From assembly GCA_965218095.1 (NCBI GenBank), contig OZ244587.1, forward strand, positions 4,544,001 through 4,608,000: a stretch of DNA of 64,000 nucleotides, given 5' to 3'. The notes beneath the pieces were generated by a model. It was not told where the DNA came from, ran no database searches, and saw only the letters and a list, made by a program, of their open reading frames with translations. Origin of the DNA: Candidatus Poribacteria bacterium (GTDB lineage Bacteria > Poribacteria > WGA-4E > PCPOR2b). This document shows, one piece after another, positions 30,310 through 40,295 of the stretch; within the stretch, counting starts at the first letter, position 1; the number at the start of each line of letters is the position of its first letter. The position numbers and the translations under genes are program-made.

Positions 30310-31581
30310 TCAGGCGGTTAAGGCTTTGGGTTCATCTCCATAAACCAGGGTGGGAGGCTCATTTTTCAAGATAGAATCTGCCGTGATGATACATTCTTTG
30401 ACAACTTTGGAGGAAGATGGAATTTCATACATGATGTCTAGCATCAGGTTTTCCAGAATTGACCTTAACCCTCTTGCACCAGTTTCACGCTTAATGGCTT
30501 CCTGGGCGATGGAACTTAGTGCATCCTCCATGACCCGGAGATTGACTCTATCATAACGAAAAAGTTGAGTATACTGTTTGACCAGAGCATCTTTGGGACC
30601 GGTTAAAATCTGAATCAAAGCAGATTCATCAAGGTCATGGAGTATTGCAGTAACAGGTAGGCGTCCGACGAATTCTGGAATAAAGCCGTACTTAATCAAG
30701 TCCTTGGGGACAACCTGGGAAAGAATTTCGTGGATCTTTTTTTCGTCCTTCGCTTGAATTTGCGATCCAAACCCCATCCCTTGCTGTCCAACCCGCTGTT
30801 GTATAATCTTTTCAAGGCCGATAAAGGTGCCACCACATATAAATAAGATTTTTGAGGTGTCGACTTCAATAAATTCTTGATGGGGATGTTTCCGCCCCCC
30901 TTGTGGAGGCACGCTCGCTGTTTTCCCTTCCAGAATCTTCAATAACGCCTGCTGAACCCCTTCACCTGAAACATCCCTGGTGATCGAGGGATTTTCAGAT
31001 TTGCGGCTAATCTTGTCGATTTCGTCGATATAAATAATCCCCTTCTCCGCACGTTCCACATTGCCTTCTGCTGCTTGTACCAACTTCAGGATAATATTTT
31101 CAACGTCTTCGCCTACATATCCAGCTTCCGTGAGTGTCGTCGCGTCAGTGATTGCGAAGGGTACATCCAGAATGCGTGCTAAGGTCTGAGCCAGAAGAGT
31201 CTTACCTGTGCCTGTGGGGCCAATCAACAAGATATTACTTTTGTCTAACTCGACATCTGAATCCTTGCGAAATCGCAGTTTTTTGTAGTGATTATAGACT
31301 GCAACAGATAAGCTCTTTTTCGCTCCATCCTGACCGATTATATACTCATCAAGCTGGGCTTTAATCCCGGCAGGAAGCGGAAGGGGAAACAGATCTGAAA
31401 CCGCCGCAAATTTTTCCTCTGTTTCCGACTCATATAACTCAGCAAGGATGTCGTTGCATAACTCAACACACTCGTCACAGACGTAAACACCAGATCCAAT
31501 AGGGCTTGCAATGAGCTTACGGACATCCTCCTGGCCCTTATCGCAAAAGGAACACTGTTGATCGTCTATAATACCCGGCAT
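30310..31581 (-). CDS. clpX: ATP-dependent Clp protease ATP-binding subunit
   Basis: CSFC..CDEC Zn finger, [33 protein letters not shown]. Confidence 0.98.
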   Translation of the reverse strand: MPGIIDDQQCSFCDKGQEDVRKLIASPIGSGVYVCDECVELCNDILAELYESETEEKFAAVSDLFPLPLPAGIKAQLDEYIIGQDGAKKSLSVAVYNHYKKLRFRKDSDVELDKSNILLIGPTGTGKTLLAQTLARILDVPFAITDATTLTEAGYVGEDVENIILKLVQAAEGNVERAEKGIIYIDEIDKISRKSENPSITRDVSGEGVQQALLKILEGKTASVPPQGGRKHPHQEFIEVDTSKILFICGGTFIGLEKIIQQRVGQQGMGFGSQIQAKDEKKIHEILSQVVPKDLIKYGFIPEFVGRLPVTAILHDLDESALIQILTGPKDALVKQYTQLFRYDRVNLRVMEDALSSIAQEAIKRETGARGLRSILENLMLDIMYEIPSSSKVVKECIITADSILKNEPPTLVYGDEPKALTA

Positions 31582-31652
31582 GGAAGTCTCCAAATTTTTG
31601 TGAGTTTATACTTTCGTTAACGTACTTAGTGAACTGTTTGACGTGATACGCA

Positions 31653-32273
31653 TCACGCATCACGCATCACTTCTTTGGTAGACCGATGAGAAACAACTGA
31701 ATCAATGATACCATATTTACCATATTCAAGTGCTTCCTGAGCTGTCATGTAGAAATCACGATCAGCGTCCGCTTGAATCTTCTTCTGCGATTGTCCGGTA
31801 TGCTGGGCTAAAATGTTATATAACTCGCCCCGGATGCGAAGGATTTCCTGCGCATGGATACTGATATCGGAAGCCTGACCGCTAACACCACTAATAATGG
31901 GTTGGTGAATTAACACGGTAGAGTGAGGCAAAGCATGCCGCTTACCACGCTCACCACCCGCAAGCAAAATCGCCCCCATGCTGTAAGCTTGACCGACACA
32001 CCATGTCTGAACATCAGGTTTGATATACTGCATCGTATCGTAGATTGCTAGCCCCGCTGATACTGAGCCACCGGGTGTATTTAAATAAAGCACGATGTCG
32101 GAATCGTGCTTTTTGCTCTCCAGGAAAAGCATCTGAGCGATGATGCTGTTTGCAGCGGCATCGTCAATCATCGAACCGACCATAATGATCCGATCTTCCA
32201 GCAATCGTGAGTAAATATCGTAGGAGCGCTCGCCGCGACTTGTTTGCTCCACAACGATAGGAATAAGATTCAT
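31653..32273 (-). CDS. clpP: Clp protease proteolytic subunit
   Basis: [26 protein letters not shown] (Ser), IHQP, DRDFYM. Confidence 0.98.
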   Translation of the reverse strand: MNLIPIVVEQTSRGERSYDIYSRLLEDRIIMVGSMIDDAAANSIIAQMLFLESKKHDSDIVLYLNTPGGSVSAGLAIYDTMQYIKPDVQTWCVGQAYSMGAILLAGGERGKRHALPHSTVLIHQPIISGVSGQASDISIHAQEILRIRGELYNILAQHTGQSQKKIQADADRDFYMTAQEALEYGKYGIIDSVVSHRSTKEVMRDA

Positions 32274-32309
32274 TCCAAAAATTCTCCTCAAATCAAGATG
32301 GGACTTCTG

Positions 32310-33614
32310 TTATGGAATAATCACAGACTGTTTGGCGGACGCACGTTGAATTAGAAATCGGTAAATTTTATCATTCCGCAGCGTGTCCCGAAACTCCTCT
32401 AAACGATTGTTCGCCTTGAGCAGGCTCGCGTATTTTTGAGGGTCTTGATTTTGCTGCTCTGCAATGAGCCGAATTTCTATATCTAACTCATCATCAGTGA
32501 CTCTGATATTCTCACGTTCAGCGATGGCATCAAAGATCCATATCTGTTTCGTTTGCTTGATTGCATCTTCACGCAATTCCGCCGGCAAACTTTTCATATC
32601 TATTCCCGCTTGCTCAGGAGTTTTTCCTTCACGTCTTAATTGTTGCTGAATATTTTGAATGGTTTGCTGCACATGCTGATCGACAATCGACTCGGGAATC
32701 TCAATCGCCGTTTTTTCGATTAACTGTTGAAGGATCTCTTCGCGCTGGCGCTGACGGCGGATTTCCTTCTGTTCCTCGACGAGGTTATTCCAAATTGCGC
32801 CATAGAGCTGATCATAATTTTCGTATTCCAAATCTTTTGCGAATTCATCATCAAGGGGCGGAAGCTGTTTCTCCGTAATCACATGTAGCATCACGTTGAA
32901 TACAGCATGCTTGCCTGCAAGCTCAGGGTTTTCGTGATTCTGATTGAAGTCCACCTCAACTTGCCTGCTTTCCTCAACACGCATACCAATTAACTCGGCT
33001 TCAATCTCCGGTAAGAGCATCCCTTTTCCAACGTCGATATCTGCATCTTCCTTGCGCCCATCCGTAATTGGTTTGCCGTCCACAAGACATTCCCAGTCAA
33101 TCCTCACTGAGTCGCTGTCCTGGACAGGTCGATCCACCTCAAGTGGAATGTATGTCGCATGTTGTTCCTGCAACCTGCGGATGTACGTCTCCACTTCCTC
33201 ACGTGGGACATTCGGAGGAGATTTATCAATAACTAAATCTTCGTATTCCGGGAGGACAAATTCAGGCTTGACATCAATAGTCGCTTCAAACGCAAGGGGC
33301 TGATCCGCCTCAATTTCCATCTGGTTCATGGAGGGCGAAATCTCCAGATTACCAAGAGGAATCAGTCGCTCAGAAATCAAAGCCTGTTCGTAAGCGGGTG
33401 GGACGAGATTTTGGATGGATTCAGCTTTGATGTGTTCTGCAAATCGCGCTTTAAGGATGCCAGAAGGAACTCTGCCCTTCCGAAAGCCGGGAACTGAGAC
33501 TTTTGTTCGCACAGCCTGACAATTGCGCTCAAGCTCTTCATTGACTTCTTCAGCGGAGATTTCAATACGCAAGCGTACACGACTGTTTCCCAGCTTTCCA
33601 ACTTCAACCTTCAA
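32310..33614 (-). CDS. tig: Trigger factor
   Basis: VPGFRKGRVP signature, FKBP domain, LDDEFAK; lies upstream of clpP; TTG start with GGAGG SD. Confidence 0.95.
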   Translation of the reverse strand: MKVEVGKLGNSRVRLRIEISAEEVNEELERNCQAVRTKVSVPGFRKGRVPSGILKARFAEHIKAESIQNLVPPAYEQALISERLIPLGNLEISPSMNQMEIEADQPLAFEATIDVKPEFVLPEYEDLVIDKSPPNVPREEVETYIRRLQEQHATYIPLEVDRPVQDSDSVRIDWECLVDGKPITDGRKEDADIDVGKGMLLPEIEAELIGMRVEESRQVEVDFNQNHENPELAGKHAVFNVMLHVITEKQLPPLDDEFAKDLEYENYDQLYGAIWNNLVEEQKEIRRQRQREEILQQLIEKTAIEIPESIVDQHVQQTIQNIQQQLRREGKTPEQAGIDMKSLPAELREDAIKQTKQIWIFDAIAERENIRVTDDELDIEIRLIAEQQNQDPQKYASLLKANNRLEEFRDTLRNDKIYRFLIQRASAKQSVIIP

Positions 33615-33646
33615 GTAGACCTCCAAATTATCTCAGAAAAGGCATT

Positions 33647-33733
33647 TGGTGGGCGAGGAGGGACTTGAACCCTCACGGGGAGAACCCCAATAGATCCTAA
33701 ATCTATCTTGTCTACCAATTCCAACACCCGCCC
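33647..33733 (-). tRNA. tRNA-Leu(TAG)
   Basis: Cloverleaf with long variable arm, anticodon loop TT-TAG-GA, encoded CCA. Confidence 0.93.
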
Positions 33734-33742
33734 ACATAAAAA

Positions 33743-33819
33743 TGGTGCGCCGTGAAGGAATTGAACCTTCAACCGCCTGATTAAGAGTCAGATGCTCTGC
33801 CTGGTTGAGCTAACGGCGC
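33743..33819 (-). tRNA. tRNA-Lys(CTT)
   Basis: GCGCCGTTAGCTCA...CT-CTT-AA...GGTTCAATTCC...CCA. Confidence 0.95.
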
Positions 33820-33829
33820 AGAAGGAAAG

Positions 33830-33903
33830 CGCGTCCGGAGGGACTCGAACCCCCAACTTATAGGACTGAAGTCTATCGCTCTATCCAATTGAACTACGGA
33901 CGC
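33830..33903 (-). tRNA. tRNA with an Arg-type body and anticodon TCA (putative opal suppressor or decaying tRNA-Arg(TCG))
   Basis: GCGTCCG/CGGACGC acceptor stem, D-loop AATTGGATA (A20), loop CT-TCA-GT, A31-C39 mismatch, 5-nt variable loop, TTCGAGT T-loop, G73. Confidence 0.8.
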
Positions 33904-33981
33904 ATTTCGTAACATTTAAGATTGAATATTGAGGATTGAAAGAGAACACAGTCCATATTCAATAATGCTGTAGACCAATGA

Positions 33982-34057
<76 letters not shown>

Positions 34058-34065
34058 AAGAAAGG

Positions 34066-34139
34066 GGTGGATGATGGGATTTGAACCCACGACCACTTAA
34101 TCCACAGTCAAGCGCTCTACCGACTGAGCTACATCCACC
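34066..34139 (-). tRNA. tRNA-His(GTG)
   Basis: G-1, anticodon loop CT-GTG-GA, C73. Confidence 0.95.
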
Positions 34140-34149
34140 ATAAACGAAT

Positions 34150-34226
34150 TGGCACGCCCGGCAGGATTCGAACCTGCGACCTACTGATTAGAAGTCAGTT
34201 GCTCTATCCAACTGAGCTACGGGCGC
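34150..34226 (-). tRNA. tRNA-Arg(TCT)
   Basis: GCGCCCGTAGCTCAGTTGGATAGAGC...CT-TCT-AA...CCA. Confidence 0.96.
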
Positions 34227-34247
34227 AAACAAAAGGCAATCAGAGAA

Positions 34248-34326
34248 TCAGAGCGAGAAAAATCGAACCGCCGACCTTTCTGATCTCCTAGATCGGAACG
34301 CGCTAACCGGGCTGCGCTACGCCCTG
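34248..34326 (-). pseudogene. Aberrant tRNA-Pro-like duplicate
   Basis: 5' 28 nt nearly identical to tRNA-Pro(TGG); anticodon arm elongated, T-stem degenerate. Confidence 0.7.
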
Positions 34327-34362
34327 TGGATGTTTTGCCTCTTACTGCCCAAAAGCCCGGAA

Positions 34363-34392
34363 AATATACCACATGAGTATAGGCAGTTGCAA
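34363..34392 (-). promoter_or_regulatory. Promoter of the tRNA operon
   Basis: TTGCAA-18 nt-TATATT with extended -10 TG and a GC-rich discriminator. Confidence 0.55.
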
Positions 34393-34811
34393 GTCAAAAT
34401 TCAGATTGAGTAAAGAGAGAAGGAAATTGGAAATCAGATATTTGTCTGGCGGTTTGGGGGATTGTCTGCTAAAATAATGATGTGTATCAAAAGAATCACC
34501 CATCATGAAGAAAGACTTGGTAGACCCGACGACTTTTTCCCGGATTTTCAAGTTCAGTTGGAAATTGTTAGAAATGACGCACTGAATCCAATGAAATCGC
34601 TACAGGCATGGGCATATTGGAGACGGGAGTATGAGTCGGAAGTAACTGTTCATGTGATCGCGCAAACTGATAGTTTGCGTTACAAGCATCTGTCAGATTG
34701 CGCGTATTTCACGTTCTGCTTCATTTACGACCTGAACGGTTACAGTCGGAATAATAGAATGCGCCCACGCCCTGAATCAATTACAAAGTTGTCGCCTCAA
34801 CCTGTGTGCTA

Positions 34812-35244
34812 AAGTCGTCAAAGTCTGAATTTCCCACATAGCTTCCACATCAATTTCGGTCGCTGGCGCTCCACAAATGTCGCATGGCAATTGAGGCATC
34901 GTGTTACGCGCTAAAATCGGATTTTCTCTCGCTGGACTCCCTGACGTTCAGCAAATACTTGTCCTTCAAGGTTGGTCGTTGAACCAAAATCGTACTCATA
35001 TTCAAACTTATCTTTGACGCCGAATACCGTTTTTAAGGGAACATTCATGGATTTTGATTCGATGCCCCAAAAATCATCCTCCATGTCGGAAGCTGAATAT
35101 CTGACGCTGTTAATCGTAAACTCGCTGAGATGCTCACAACATTCAAGCCAAATCCTTCTCAAAAAATGATCGAGATCAGAAAGTGTCGCTGTGGATTTCG
35201 CTTCAAGGTGCAGCCAGAACGGCTTATAACTCCAAATTTTCAGA
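34812..35244 (-). pseudogene. pRiA4b ORF-3-like protein fragment
   Basis: ATLSDLDHFLRRIWLECCEHLSEF, FEYEYDFGSTT; 5' end lost at the intron remnant. Confidence 0.7.
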
Positions 35245-35325
35245 GTAAGCATAGGTTGATTCCTTGCGGAATTTTCCCTGCTTCTAAACCGTGCGTGCGA
35301 CTTTCACCGCACACGGCTTGCCCAG
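35245..35325 (-). mobile_element. Group II intron 3' remnant (domains V and VI)
   Basis: AGCCGTGTGCGGTGAAAGTCGCACGCACGGTT (DV) followed by a DVI-like hairpin ending CCTATGCTTAC. Confidence 0.85.
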
Positions 35326-36257
35326 TCATAAGTGGCGATTAAATTGAAAATCCATGGGTTTTCCGTTAAAGTAGAGGTAATCCAAACCATAATACCTCAA
35401 AGGAGAAACCAAAGGAGAAACCCATGGACATCCAAATTGCAACCATTTTCTATCTCTGTGACAAGCTCTTAGAAGCACTCAACTCAAAACCACACCCACA
35501 AACGCAGATGTCTGATGCCGAAGTGATGACCACCGGCATCGTCGCTGCGTTGTTCTTCGGGGCAAACTTGCAAACCACTTGTGACTTTCTAAAGACTCAT
35601 GGCTATATACCCAAGATGCTTTCAAAAAGTCGATTAAACCGATGTTCACCACATTGTTCAAAATCTTGGGACGAAGCTATGTGCAACTTAATCAACAGAA
35701 AATCTATGCACTGGATACCATACCAATTGCTGTTTGTTCCGCATTCGTCGGTCAAAAATCTATACCGATAAGGCATATCGAGGCTATCAAGCGTCCAAAC
35801 GTCGGTATTTCTATGGCTTGAAAGTTCATCTGCTAGTGACTGCGAGTCGACACCCTGTTGAATTTTTTGTGACCCCAGCCAGTACAGGGGACGTTGAAGG
35901 GTTACAGTGGTTTGACTTCGACTTGCCACCGGGCTATGGTGACAAAGCATACAATAATTATGAGATAGAAGATATTGTTACATCAGTCGGAGTCGAATTA
36001 AAGCCAGTACGCAAGAAGAATTCCAAGCGGCTGTATCCACCATGGGAGACCTACTTGGCTAATTACCATCGTAAGTCTGTTGAGACGGCTGGCAGTTTGA
36101 TTAACAAACTGCTTTCACGTTCAATCCATGCAGTAACGCGACACGGATTTGAATTGAAAGTGGTCTTGTTTGTATTGGCTAGCAGTATCAATCAGCTCTG
36201 AGTTCACTCACATATTCAGTTCACTCACATATTCGATGAATAGGTCGCAACTTGGGT
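35326..36257 (+). mobile_element. IS982-family element with a frameshifted transposase (35424-36201)
   Basis: MSDAEVMTT, MLSKSRLNR, RYFYGLKVHLL, GDKAY, RKSVET; right end ...GTCGCAACTTGGGT, degenerate left end. Confidence 0.8.
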
Positions 36258-36559
36258 TATACTAAGAAAAATCACAGGTATTATAGTGATCCATTGGTTC
36301 TCTCTGCGAGCCGGATCAGTTTTCGTCGCCAGATTCTGACAAATCTGACGATCCCAAGGAGGTCTTTACTCCTATCAGTTACGAGCCGGCAATTTCATGG
36401 CTGTCAAACCGATGGTCATCCTTAAATAGGGGCGCTTGAATGAACAATAGAAAAATGTGGGTTCAATTCTCACCCGCAACGAAAGGGGTAGAGGTCGCAT
36501 CTAAGTCAACCTGCAAAATCTCCTATTGGGGAATTCAAGAGATCCTAAGTCGTCCTGTT

Positions 36560-36957
36560 ATCTGTTTTTTTCCAGTTTACACAAACCAATTGTAGACTGG
36601 CCGGCGGAAGTGCAGGGGCGTACCCGGTACTGGATTGGCGTCTATAAGCGTGTCCGTCATCTGCTGATGGGTAACGATTATTGCCTTTTGCCCCAGCCTC
36701 AGTCTGAGGTCGACTGGAACGCCAGGCAGTTTTGCAATGGCGCAGGGGAAGGGCTGGTGTTTGTCTTTCGGTGGACAGTGGCGACCAAGGGCTAGAACCT
36801 GGCGCTACGCGCTCTGGATGCCGGTTACTCATACTGCTTCCAAAACGAAGGAAATGGAGAAGAGACCGTGTATGTGGGCGAGAAGTTGATGGTTCGCGGC
36901 TTTTTGGCGAACCTGACCCCCAATTCAGCGAAACTCTTTTCATACAAGGACGAATAG
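36560..36957 (+). pseudogene. C-terminal fragment of a glycoside hydrolase (alpha-galactosidase-like)
   Basis: YKRVRHLLMG.DY.LLPQP...W.A.QF...GEGLVFVFR; no start. Confidence 0.45.
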
Positions 36958-36996
36958 GACCGGTACACGTTTGCCGGTGATAAGGAGGTAGCAACA

Positions 36997-37947
36997 ATGT
37001 CCTTTGCAGTGACTAACACAACGGGATACTTGACAGAGGAAGCCATCGCATATCTCGAAATGAACGGATGCCGGATAACCAACTGCCAGTTCGATCAGTT
37101 GACCGAAGAAGCATTTTGCGAGGAAATCCGTGGCATAGACGCGGTCATCGCCAGCGGTGAGCAGTATACTGAAAAAGTCTTTCAGGCAGCAGATAAATTG
37201 AAGATCGTGGCGCGAACAGGGGCGGGTTATGAGCGCGTGGACATCGAAGCGGCAGCAAAACATGGCATCTGGGTCACAACGACCCCGGGTGCGACAAGCC
37301 ATGCCGTGTCAGATTTCACCCTTGGCCTGATGCTGAGTCTGTTAAGAAATATCCCGGCGATGGCACAGGAAATGAAGGATGGTCAGTGGAACCAGTTCGC
37401 TGGGAAGGAACTGGCGAGTTTGACCGTAGGAATCGTTGGGGCCGGTTCCATCGGGCGGCAGGTCATCAAAAGGGCAACCGCTTTTGGCGCCAAAGTCCTG
37501 GCCTACGACATTCAACCGGACGACGAATTTGCCGATCAGTGGAATGTCCAATACCTTCCGCTGGATGAACTGATGGCTCAATCTGACATTGTTAGCCTCC
37601 ACGTTTCATTCAATGAGGAAACCCGGGGACTGATAGACCAGCGACGATTGAAGTTGATGAGGAAGGGAGCCTATCTGATAAACACCAGCAGACCCGCCGT
37701 TGTGGACAAGGAAGCCCTTATAAGAGTGCTGAAAGCGAAAGAGATTGCAGGGGCGGCAATAGATGTTCACGCGCCTGATCCTTGTCCGCCGGATGATCCG
37801 CTCGTTCAACTCGATAATGTCATTGCCACACCATGGACGGCATATAAAACGGAGGAGACGATAGCGCGGATGTGCATTATGGCAGCCACTGATGTGGTAA
37901 CGGTTTTGCATGGCGGCGCGCCACAGTTTCCGGTGAATAAGCTGTAG
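36997..37947 (+). CDS. D-isomer-specific 2-hydroxyacid dehydrogenase (SerA-like)
   Basis: ARTGAGYERVD, GIVGAGSIG, SDIVSLH, INTSR, GAAIDV, ATPW. Confidence 0.92.
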   Translation: MSFAVTNTTGYLTEEAIAYLEMNGCRITNCQFDQLTEEAFCEEIRGIDAVIASGEQYTEKVFQAADKLKIVARTGAGYERVDIEAAAKHGIWVTTTPGATSHAVSDFTLGLMLSLLRNIPAMAQEMKDGQWNQFAGKELASLTVGIVGAGSIGRQVIKRATAFGAKVLAYDIQPDDEFADQWNVQYLPLDELMAQSDIVSLHVSFNEETRGLIDQRRLKLMRKGAYLINTSRPAVVDKEALIRVLKAKEIAGAAIDVHAPDPCPPDDPLVQLDNVIATPWTAYKTEETIARMCIMAATDVVTVLHGGAPQFPVNKL

Positions 37948-38068
37948 GATAGCTGAAGACGTAGTGGCCTATTTCTTAAACGCGCTTATAAGGTTTAGGC
38001 TTGCAAGTTTTGTGTAAATTTGATACAATATAGGCATCAAACCCTTATGAATAAAGGAGTTGAGATGA

Positions 38069-38950
38069 ATGAACTTGTTTGATGCTGTAGAACGATTTTC
38101 TGACCAAGAGAGTTGTATTAAACACTTAGAAACTATCCGCTGGGGTGGCAAACCTGAGTGTCCATATTGCGAAAGTAAAAAGGTTGCACCGAAGAATGAA
38201 GCTAGCATAATTGGTCGTTGGAATTGCCATACTTGTAAGTCAAGTTTCAATGTGTTACAGGGAACGATATTTCAAGGAACACAGATTCCACTTCAGAAGT
38301 GGTTTATGGCTATCCTGTTAATGAACGATGCGAAGAAAAGCCTATCAAGTTGTCAAATGGCTCGTCATTTGGACTTAACGCAACCCTCAGCTTGGTTCAT
38401 GATGAAACGAATCAGGTCTGAGATGGGTAGAAAGGGCAAGGTTTTACTGAGAGGAATTATTGAATGCGATGAAACCTACGTGGGCGGTAAGCCCCGACGA
38501 CGAAAAGACAAGGACGGGAACTTGCCTCCACCGAGCAAGCGAGGTAGAGGCACGAAGAAAACGCCCGTTATCGGTGCTGTTGAACGGGCTGGGAATGTTG
38601 TGGCGCGTGTGGCTACGAGTTTGAGTCGTAAGGGCGTTTTGGGGTTCATCAAAGGCGTTATTGAGAAGCCGAAGGATTCAGTTCTAATGACAGATGAGTT
38701 CTCATCGTATGAGGCGGTTGATGGGCTCATGCCTCACCATGTCATCAGACACAAGAACTGGCAGTACGTGGACGGTAATACCCACACAAACACGATTGAA
38801 GGGTTCTGGTCGCTGGTGAAACGTGCGTTTCATGGTACACATCACCACTACAAGCATGTTTCGCTCTACATCGCTGAGGCGTGTTACAAGTACAACAACC
38901 GGAAGAACCGGAACATCTTCAAGAAGTTTATCAGGGAATGCTTTGTGTAG
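38069..38950 (+). CDS. IS1595-family (ISXO2-like) transposase
   Basis: CPYC..CHTC Zn ribbon, IECDETYVGG, MTDE, HTNTIEGFWSLVKR. Confidence 0.95.
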   Translation: MNLFDAVERFSDQESCIKHLETIRWGGKPECPYCESKKVAPKNEASIIGRWNCHTCKSSFNVLQGTIFQGTQIPLQKWFMAILLMNDAKKSLSSCQMARHLDLTQPSAWFMMKRIRSEMGRKGKVLLRGIIECDETYVGGKPRRRKDKDGNLPPPSKRGRGTKKTPVIGAVERAGNVVARVATSLSRKGVLGFIKGVIEKPKDSVLMTDEFSSYEAVDGLMPHHVIRHKNWQYVDGNTHTNTIEGFWSLVKRAFHGTHHHYKHVSLYIAEACYKYNNRKNRNIFKKFIRECFV

Positions 38951-38988
38951 GGTGGGAAAACCTCTGGAGACTCCATAGAAGGATTAGA

Positions 38989-39183
38989 TTACACTATTTC
39001 CAACCTTTTGAAAATGGTTGTAATTAGTGTGTAGTCATTTTTAAGTAACTGAATTGCAACTCTTAAATCTTCTACGGTTGCAGTAGAGGTAAATAACCTC
39101 TCTTCAATTCGGTGGGTTTTATCAGCATGTTTTTGTAGATGTTCTTTAACACGTTGAATATCCACCTTCCTTTGTGATGACAT
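38989..39183 (-). CDS. Passenger hypothetical protein (64 aa, helical)
   Basis: AAAGGAGG SD then ATG; inside the IS1595 element. Confidence 0.6.
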   Translation of the reverse strand: MSSQRKVDIQRVKEHLQKHADKTHRIEERLFTSTATVEDLRVAIQLLKNDYTLITTIFKRLEIV

Positions 39184-39372
39184 AACATCTGCCTCCTTTC
39201 TGAGTCATATTTTCAGAGGTTTTCCCATAAGGGAGTGTCCGGTGGGAGCCGGACACTCTAGCAACAAAATATCAGGGAGTGCTTTGTGTAGCACCCCCTG
39301 ATATTGCCTAAGAGTTATTGCTTAGGCGTAGCCGTATAAGGACTGCTATACGGCGTTTGATTACCCTTACGT

Positions 39373-39552
39373 TTAGCGATTTTGAGTACGATAAACGTAA
39401 AGGTTTTGCGTATTTTTATAAACACGATAATCCCTCCTTTCATTGGAATAAGTCGTGATGCAGAGGGTGTTATCAGCAGTTGTCCGTATATGTGGACTTA
39501 CAAGCGTGCCGTCTTTACGCCTGTAAGACTTGATGTATTTGATGCGTGGCAT
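39373..39552 (-). CDS. Passenger small basic protein (59 aa) with an xSYRRKDGTxVxPHxRT motif
   Basis: AAAGGAG SD then ATG; MPRIKYIKSYRRKDGTLVSPHIRTTADN...; below the ORF-track cutoff. Confidence 0.65.
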   Translation of the reverse strand: MPRIKYIKSYRRKDGTLVSPHIRTTADNTLCITTYSNERRDYRVYKNTQNLYVYRTQNR

Positions 39553-39617
39553 GGGGGGTCTCCTTTGCCATGTTGTGGCGGTGGGGGTGCTATAACACCC
39601 CCTCGCCTGTTTTATGT

Positions 39618-40058
39618 CTATCTCATGTGCAATCTTCTAGCAACATTTCGGAGGGTTGTTTCGGTTTGCCCAAATCGTTCCTCCATTTGGGCATAACGCC
39701 CCTCTATACTATCTATTGACTTGATGACTGCTACATGAGTTGCAAGGGTAGTTGTCATGTACCTGTCCATTCTCGTTACTGACTGTTGAAAAGAATCAAG
39801 TTTCTTGTCAATATCTTCAACAGGTACGGTTTTCTTCGCAGTTGCATCTCTAGTTTTCAGATTCTCTGCGATGTTGGTAAGCTCTACCCTTCTTAAATTG
39901 ACGACTTCTTCTTTCAGTTGTTTTGCTTCATCTCTGAAGTCTATGAAGGACTTTCTGATACTATACAAATCGTCACTACTGGGAATGTGTTTCCAAATGA
40001 ACTTTCCAGCAGCAATGATAATGAGTATATCCGCTACTACACTAAGAAAATCACTCAT
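39618..40058 (-). CDS. Passenger protein with an N-terminal TM helix and coiled coil (146 aa)
   Basis: AAAGGA SD then ATG; hydrophobic N-terminus, heptad-rich remainder. Confidence 0.65.
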   Translation of the reverse strand: MSDFLSVVADILIIIAAGKFIWKHIPSSDDLYSIRKSFIDFRDEAKQLKEEVVNLRRVELTNIAENLKTRDATAKKTVPVEDIDKKLDSFQQSVTRMDRYMTTTLATHVAVIKSIDSIEGRYAQMEERFGQTETTLRNVARRLHMR

Positions 40059-40295
40059 TGGGGTGTCCTTTACTTTGGCGAGGAAAGGTAAAACAAGCCA
40101 ACGATTTAATAAACTTCAGAATCACAGGCTTGTAACACCCCAATAATATCACATATTCAAAGAATCTGCAAGCCAATTATTTATAAATGCGTTTCTTAAA
40201 TTCGTGTCGGGTTTGGAGCACCCCAGACATCAATCGAATTTAAGAAGTGAATCAGTAGACGGTAGCTCATTCACACACAGATAGGAGGACGTTCA

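Larger units (their letters stand above)
37981..40191 (+). mobile_element. IS1595-family transporter IS with passenger genes
   Basis: TIRs CGCGCTTATAAGGTTTAGGCTTGCA / CGCATTTATAAATAATTGGCTTGCA; flanked by direct repeat TTTCTTAAA. Confidence 0.9.

Noticed and set aside
33830-33903. tRNA-Sec (selC)
   Set aside because: Only 74 nt with a 7-bp acceptor stem, 4-bp D stem and 5-nt variable loop; it lacks tRNA-Sec architecture
39315-39425. 36-aa ORF with an AAAGGAGG SD inside the IS1595 cargo
   Set aside because: It overlaps the better-supported 59-aa ORF in another frame and runs through hairpins; it cannot be supported
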